Shown here: piece after piece, positions 58,788 through 64,000 of the stretch
How the letters are laid out: the number at the start of each line of letters is the position of its first letter
Position numbering within the stretch: position 1 is the first letter of the stretch
Source of the DNA: Eledone cirrhosa
Taxonomy: Eukaryota
Length of the DNA: 64,000 nucleotides
Reading direction: 5' to 3'
Assembly (NCBI GenBank): GCA_964016885.1
Contig: OZ024746.1
Location: 24,738,001-24,802,000, forward strand
The notes under the pieces: model-generated
The model's database searches: none
What the model was told of the DNA's origin: nothing
The model's input: the letters and a program-made list of their open reading frames with translations, nothing else
Position numbers and translations under genes: made by a program

Positions 58788-60105
58788 GCAGCTGCTACAA
58801 TACCAACTAGGAATAATGGTTTAATTATTATAGATAATTACATTACACTGCTGTAATAACATTGAAAGCCATTACACTAATATACATGTCATTAATATAC
58901 ACAGCGTTAATATACACAACACATACACGCAACTGCACATCACTCAACTTTTAATATACATCCTTAATACATACTGTGATAACACACACACAACATTGAA
59001 TATAGATTAACACATACTGTAACACACACAAAGCTACACACAATATTGTATGCACACTTGTATTCACATTAACACATCACACACACTGCTGACTCAAGAA
59101 GACATACTATAATAACATGCACATAATCAACTTCACTGAATACAAATCATTAACCCTTTTGACACTAAACTTCCTGAAACCACCCTTGGTTCTACAATAC
59201 AAAACTGATGAATTATAAACCATTTATATTTATCTAAAAACCTTCTATCATGATTTTATGTAAGAAACACACATACACTCACTCAATGATTACATATCAT
59301 TAATTCATACTACAATGAGCGTCAGACAGCATTGGTAAGTGTCAGATAACATGCTTTGTGGCATATAGTTATGTCCCTTTAAGTTCTGAGTTCAAATCTT
59401 GCCAACGTTAGCTTTACAGGTTTGATAAAATAGTACCAGTAATGCACAGGTGGATTTAATCAATTTCCCCATTTCCAAAATTGTTGGCCTTGTGCTTAAA
59501 TCAGAAACCATTATTACATACTTGAGTAATATACATACCACTCCCACACAGCTTCAGTTTCTGTCAACCCAATTCCATTCATAAGGCATTGGTCAAAACA
59601 AGGATGCTGTAGAAGACAGACACCCTTTCCCAAAAATCACATGGTGTTAAAATAAACTTCTTAGTAACACAGCTAATCTGAATCTCTGAGGTCCTTCTCA
59701 GAGATTAATTAAGAGCATATCTCAGTTTCTATGTCATTAAGCAGACAAAAAAAGTTCCCCCATTTTAGCTACATTTTAACCCATTGTAGTTTTATTTTTC
59801 CAGGAAATTATTTTCTAGCAGGGACTGAACTCAAGACTGAAATGAACCTGTACACTAGATCAACCAGCTCCCATCCATATGTAGAAGAAAGCAAGAATGG
59901 GGAGGGGGGAGTTTTCCTCATCAGTTGTCTTCTGGGAGTCTCGGATATTTCAACGCTTTAAAGACAATATATCTACCCCCAGAGCGTTCAATAACTGGGT
60001 AAGTTATTGGGAAAATAAACTTCTTCCAACCCGTTCTTATTCTGGATATATTATATAATATATATAATAATTATATATATATAATATATATATAATATAT
60101 ATAGA

Positions 60106-60137
<32 letters not shown>

Positions 60138-60204
60138 ATACATATATATAATACATATATATAATATATATATAATATATATATATAATATATATAATAT
60201 ATAT

Positions 60205-61628
60205 AATCATCATCATCATCATCATCATTTTACGTCCGCTTTTCCCTGCTTTCAAGGGTGAGACGGGTCTTATTCAGCACAGCATCTCTCCACTCGTCAC
60301 GGTCCTTCGTCATCTGCACCGTGAGCTTCAATGATCTGAGGTCTGTTCTCACCACCTCCACCGATGTTTTTCGTGGTCTACCTCTACCACGTCTTCCTTC
60401 AACTGGCATTTCCTGGCACTTCTTCACCCATCGGTCATCCTCCATGCGCATCTCATGTCCATACCACCTCAGTCTCCTCTCCCATACACTACATTCTATC
60501 CCTCTCAGACACAGTTTCTCTCTCAACACATTTATGCTGGGTCGTTCATGCACATTTACACTGCACATCCAACGGAGCATGCTTGCCTCATTTCTCTCCA
60601 GCCGTCGCATATCCTCTGCAGTTGCTGCCCATGTCTCACTACCATGCAGCATCGCGCTCCTCACGCAGGCATCATACAACCGGCCTTTCGTACGCAGGGA
60701 GAAACCCTTCTTCATCAACAGAGGAAGCAGCTCCCTAAACTTCTTCCAACCCGTCCTTATTCTAGATACTATGGCCTCGGAACACCCTCCTCCCATGCTA
60801 ATCTGATCTCCTAGGTACCGGAAGCTATCCACCACTTCTATAGCGCCCTCCTGCATTTGAAAAATGTGTCTATCAATGCGACTTCTACTGTCTAATTTCC
60901 CTGTACATCTACTGCTTCTCCCTACCTGTTAGTTTGCCTGCTATCCCGCTACATCTCTTGTGTACCCAGGATCTGCATTGTGTGCATTTTATAGAATTTA
61001 TGCCAGTTCCTTTTCTGCATATCAAACATGGCCATTTCCCTGACGGAATCAGGGTTTTGTCCTCTTTTCTACTCATCAACACTTTTGTCTTAGCTAGGTT
61101 CACTCTCAGTCCTCTTGCTTCCAACTGCTGTTTCCATAGCCAGAATTTATTCTCTAGCTCCTCTACTGATTCTGCTATAAGAACCAGATCGTCAGCATAG
61201 AGAAGTTCCCATGGACAGCCAGTCTTAAACTCCTCTGTTATGGCTTGGAGGACTATAATGAACAAGAGAGAGCTGAGGACCGAACCCTGATGTACTCCTA
61301 CTTGTATCTGGAATTCCTCACTAAACTCCATTCCTACCCTGACTTTACTGAGAGTACCTCTGTACAAACTTTGCACTGTCCTCACAAGCCATTCCTCAAC
61401 ACCTAGCTTCCTTAGGGACCACCAGATGACAGATCGGAGTACCCTATCAAAGGCCTTCTCTAGGTCAATAAAGGCTAAGTATAGTGGCTTATTCTTCTCT
61501 AAGAACCTCTCTTGCAATTGTCTCACCAAGAAGAGGGCATCTGTTGTACTCTTCCCAGGCACAAAACCAAACTGCATCTCATCTAGTTTGACCCTTTCTC
61601 TAATTAGTTGTGCTAAGATCCTTTCTAG
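60205..61628 (-). mobile_element. RTE LINE, RT to 3' end, disrupted near 60860-60910, with (ATG)n tail
   Basis: QFGFVPGKSTTD, AFIDLEKAFDRV, GVHQGSVLS, LLYADDL, a Cys-rich insert CLIC..CTQC..HKRC, FRYLG and GSETW. Confidence 0.93.
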
Positions 61629-62127
61629 TGTATATATACAGACGTACAGTAGTATGTATATATATATACATACATGCACGCATATATATATGTACGTATG
61701 GATTCACCGAACATTTATTATAATGCTCGGTGTGTTTGTAAACAAACATCCCATATTAAGCCTTAGTGTCCAGCAACCATCGTTACTCGTTTGTTCAACA
61801 CTGACAAAGGAACGCTGTACTAGTTTCAAGCTTATTAGCTATTGTCAGCAACGTATACCTTCCTGCCAGATTGTTGAACGTATATACTTACCTTATGCAT
61901 ATTAACGGCTGAGTAGCCCAATTTGCATATCGAGTGAGTTCAGTCGGCCGGTTGCACCGAGAACAATAAACGGAAAAAATGAAACAAAATTTCATTTCCC
62001 ACTCTTAGTACGGCGTTCCTTTGTCAGTGTTAAACAAACGAGCAAATTTTTTTTACTTCCGTTGCCACTCTTGTCTTCATAAAAACAGTGACTATATTCC
62101 CATTATTTATTTTCATTATAATTGATT

Positions 62128-63247
62128 ATGAATAATTTTGAACGTCCAAATTTGTGGAAGAGACACGGAGTTCTTCTTGGAATCCGCACCGGGAGGACGA
62201 ATAAGGAAATTTCAGACTTTCTCAGCATCAGCAGCAGAATGGTAGAAAAGGTCAGAAAGGAATTGGAAGATTCAGGATTCGACTACATCAGAGAGGAAAA
62301 CACATGATCGACGATCTGACGCCTTCAGAACGCCCGAGTTCGTCGCTGAAGTTCAGGATATCATCAACAATGAACCTAACAAGTCGATGCGAGGCATTAC
62401 AAGAGAGAAAGGCGTGGATGAAAAGCTCATTAGGCTGGTGGTACATGAAGACATTCGCTACGTTTCATACGAGATGAGGAAAGGACAATTTCTGTCAAAG
62501 GTGATGCAAGAAAAGCAACTGAAGCATGAAAAGAAGCTGATCAACAAGTTGAAACACCCACTGGAGCCAGACATGCTGTGGTTTTTCTCCGATGAGAAAA
62601 CCTTCTGCCAAGACCTGAAGATCAACTCCCAGAACAACAGGTGGCTCGCTGTCTCATCCAAAGACGTGCCCAGAGTCATGCAGACAAAGTTTCCAGCGAC
62701 AACATTGGTCTTAGGTGTCATCAGCAGTCAAGGTGACCTCATGCCACCTCACTTCTTCCCTGAGGGCCTCAATCTGAACACCAATGGCTACATCCGCGTT
62801 CTGAGCGAGGTAGTAAAGCCCTGGATCGACCAGGTAGATGCAGGTAGGCCGTACGTGTGGCAGCAAGACTCAGCGCCATGCCATACCAGCCGAAAGACCC
62901 AAGCCTGGCTGTCAGAGAACTTTGTCGACCGCACTTCCCCTGACATCTGGCCTCCCAGCTCGCCTGACTGCAACCCCCTCGACTTCTTTGTGTGGGCTGC
63001 AGTGGAACGAGACACCAACAGATCTAGCTGCAATACTGTTGGAGGACAGTGACGAAGGCCTGTAGCCGGTTCCGAGACCATCTTGAGGCCGTCATCAAAG
63101 CCAATGGCGGGTTTATCAAGTGAGATCGAAAGAACAAGTCATGAAGACAAACTGACCAAAGTTTGATAAATATATCTTAAAAAATAAAACTACTGTGTTA
63201 TTTTTTCCTAGACAGTAATCTTGCGAACAAATATCGTCCGCACCCTG
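62128..63247 (+). mobile_element. Tc1/mariner superfamily DD37D (maT) transposon remnant
   Basis: FSDEKTF, WQQDSAPCH and WPPSSPDCNPLD with 37 residues between D2 and D3. Frameshift near 62300, deletion near 63040, C-terminus LEAVIKANGGFIK* at 63123. Right TIR ...gcaccctg|TA; left TIR not found. Confidence 0.85.
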
Positions 63248-63344
63248 TATATATAATATATATATATATAATATATATATAATATATATATAATATATAT
63301 ATAATATATATATATATATAGATATAATATATAATATATATATA

Positions 63345-64000
63345 GAGACATTTAACGTAGAAGAGAACTGGGAGTTCCTAAAAAATAACTTACTAGAGGC
63401 GACGGATGAGGTTTGTGGCTGGAGTAAGACCTCAAGCAGGAGGAGAGTGACTTGGTGGTGGAACAATAAGGTAGATGAAGCAGTCAAGGCCAAGAGACAG
63501 GCATGGAAAGAATGGAAGAACGGGGGGAGCAGGGTACATTACATAGAGACCAAGAGGGAAGCTAGGCGACAAGTATACTTAGCTAGGAGGGAAGCAGAGG
63601 ATAGAAAATTCAAGCATGTTTTACAACGTGAGGACCAGAAACAGGAGGTATTCAAGATTGCGAGGCAGTGTGTCAGAGATAGTTGTGATGTCATTGGAGA
63701 GAAGTGTATCCGGAATGATAAAGGTGAGCTTGCCCTCACAAGTGCTGAGAAGAAAGATGCATGGAAGAGTCATTATGATAGATTACTAAATGAGGAGAAT
63801 GCATGGGAAGAAGAGACCCTACCCCACGTAGACCCTATAGAGGGACCAGCAGTACAAGTCAGCGGCAGCGTAGTAAGTAAGGCAATCAGAGATATGAAGA
63901 TAGGGAAGGCAACCGGTCCATCGGGTATAGCTGCCGAGATGCTGAAGGCATCTGGGTCTGTAGGTCACACTATAACCACACGTATCGTTAACCAGGTAAT
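63345..64000 (+). mobile_element. RTE LINE ORF fragment (EN-RT linker), runs off the window end
   Basis: Plus-strand open frame NWEFLKNNLLEATDEVCG..TWWWNNKVDEAVKAKR..WKSHYDRLLN..AIRDMKIGKATGPSGIAAEMLK. Confidence 0.88.

Overview
AT-rich, repeat-dense animal genomic DNA. The huge (TA)n/(TACA)n arrays, Nin/Deu- and Meta-core tRNA SINEs and RTE LINEs suggest a cephalopod (octopus-like); this is inference only. One complete host gene is present: a 10-coding-exon KLHDC3 orthologue on the minus strand (45044->27819, 387 aa, all GT-AG introns, phases consistent). The most striking feature is an apparently intact, very young Penelope-like retroelement (5504-11399) embedded in ~16 kb of TA-rich microsatellite. 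It has a 1210-aa RT+GIY-YIG ORF with an in-frame ~160-aa Asn-rich insert, 313-bp pseudo-LTRs that each start with a minimal hammerhead-ribozyme motif, and a 1.44-kb inverted 3' partial copy. KLHDC3 introns and the region just 3' of the gene carry fold-back palindromes, one family centred on hammerhead-like cores. The rest is SINEs, RTE/CRE LINE fragments, Helitron, hAT and piggyBac-like MITEs, a DD37D (maT) transposon remnant lying between two oppositely oriented RTE pieces, and minisatellites. The long Y/I/H/M/C/V ORFs are microsatellite artefacts.
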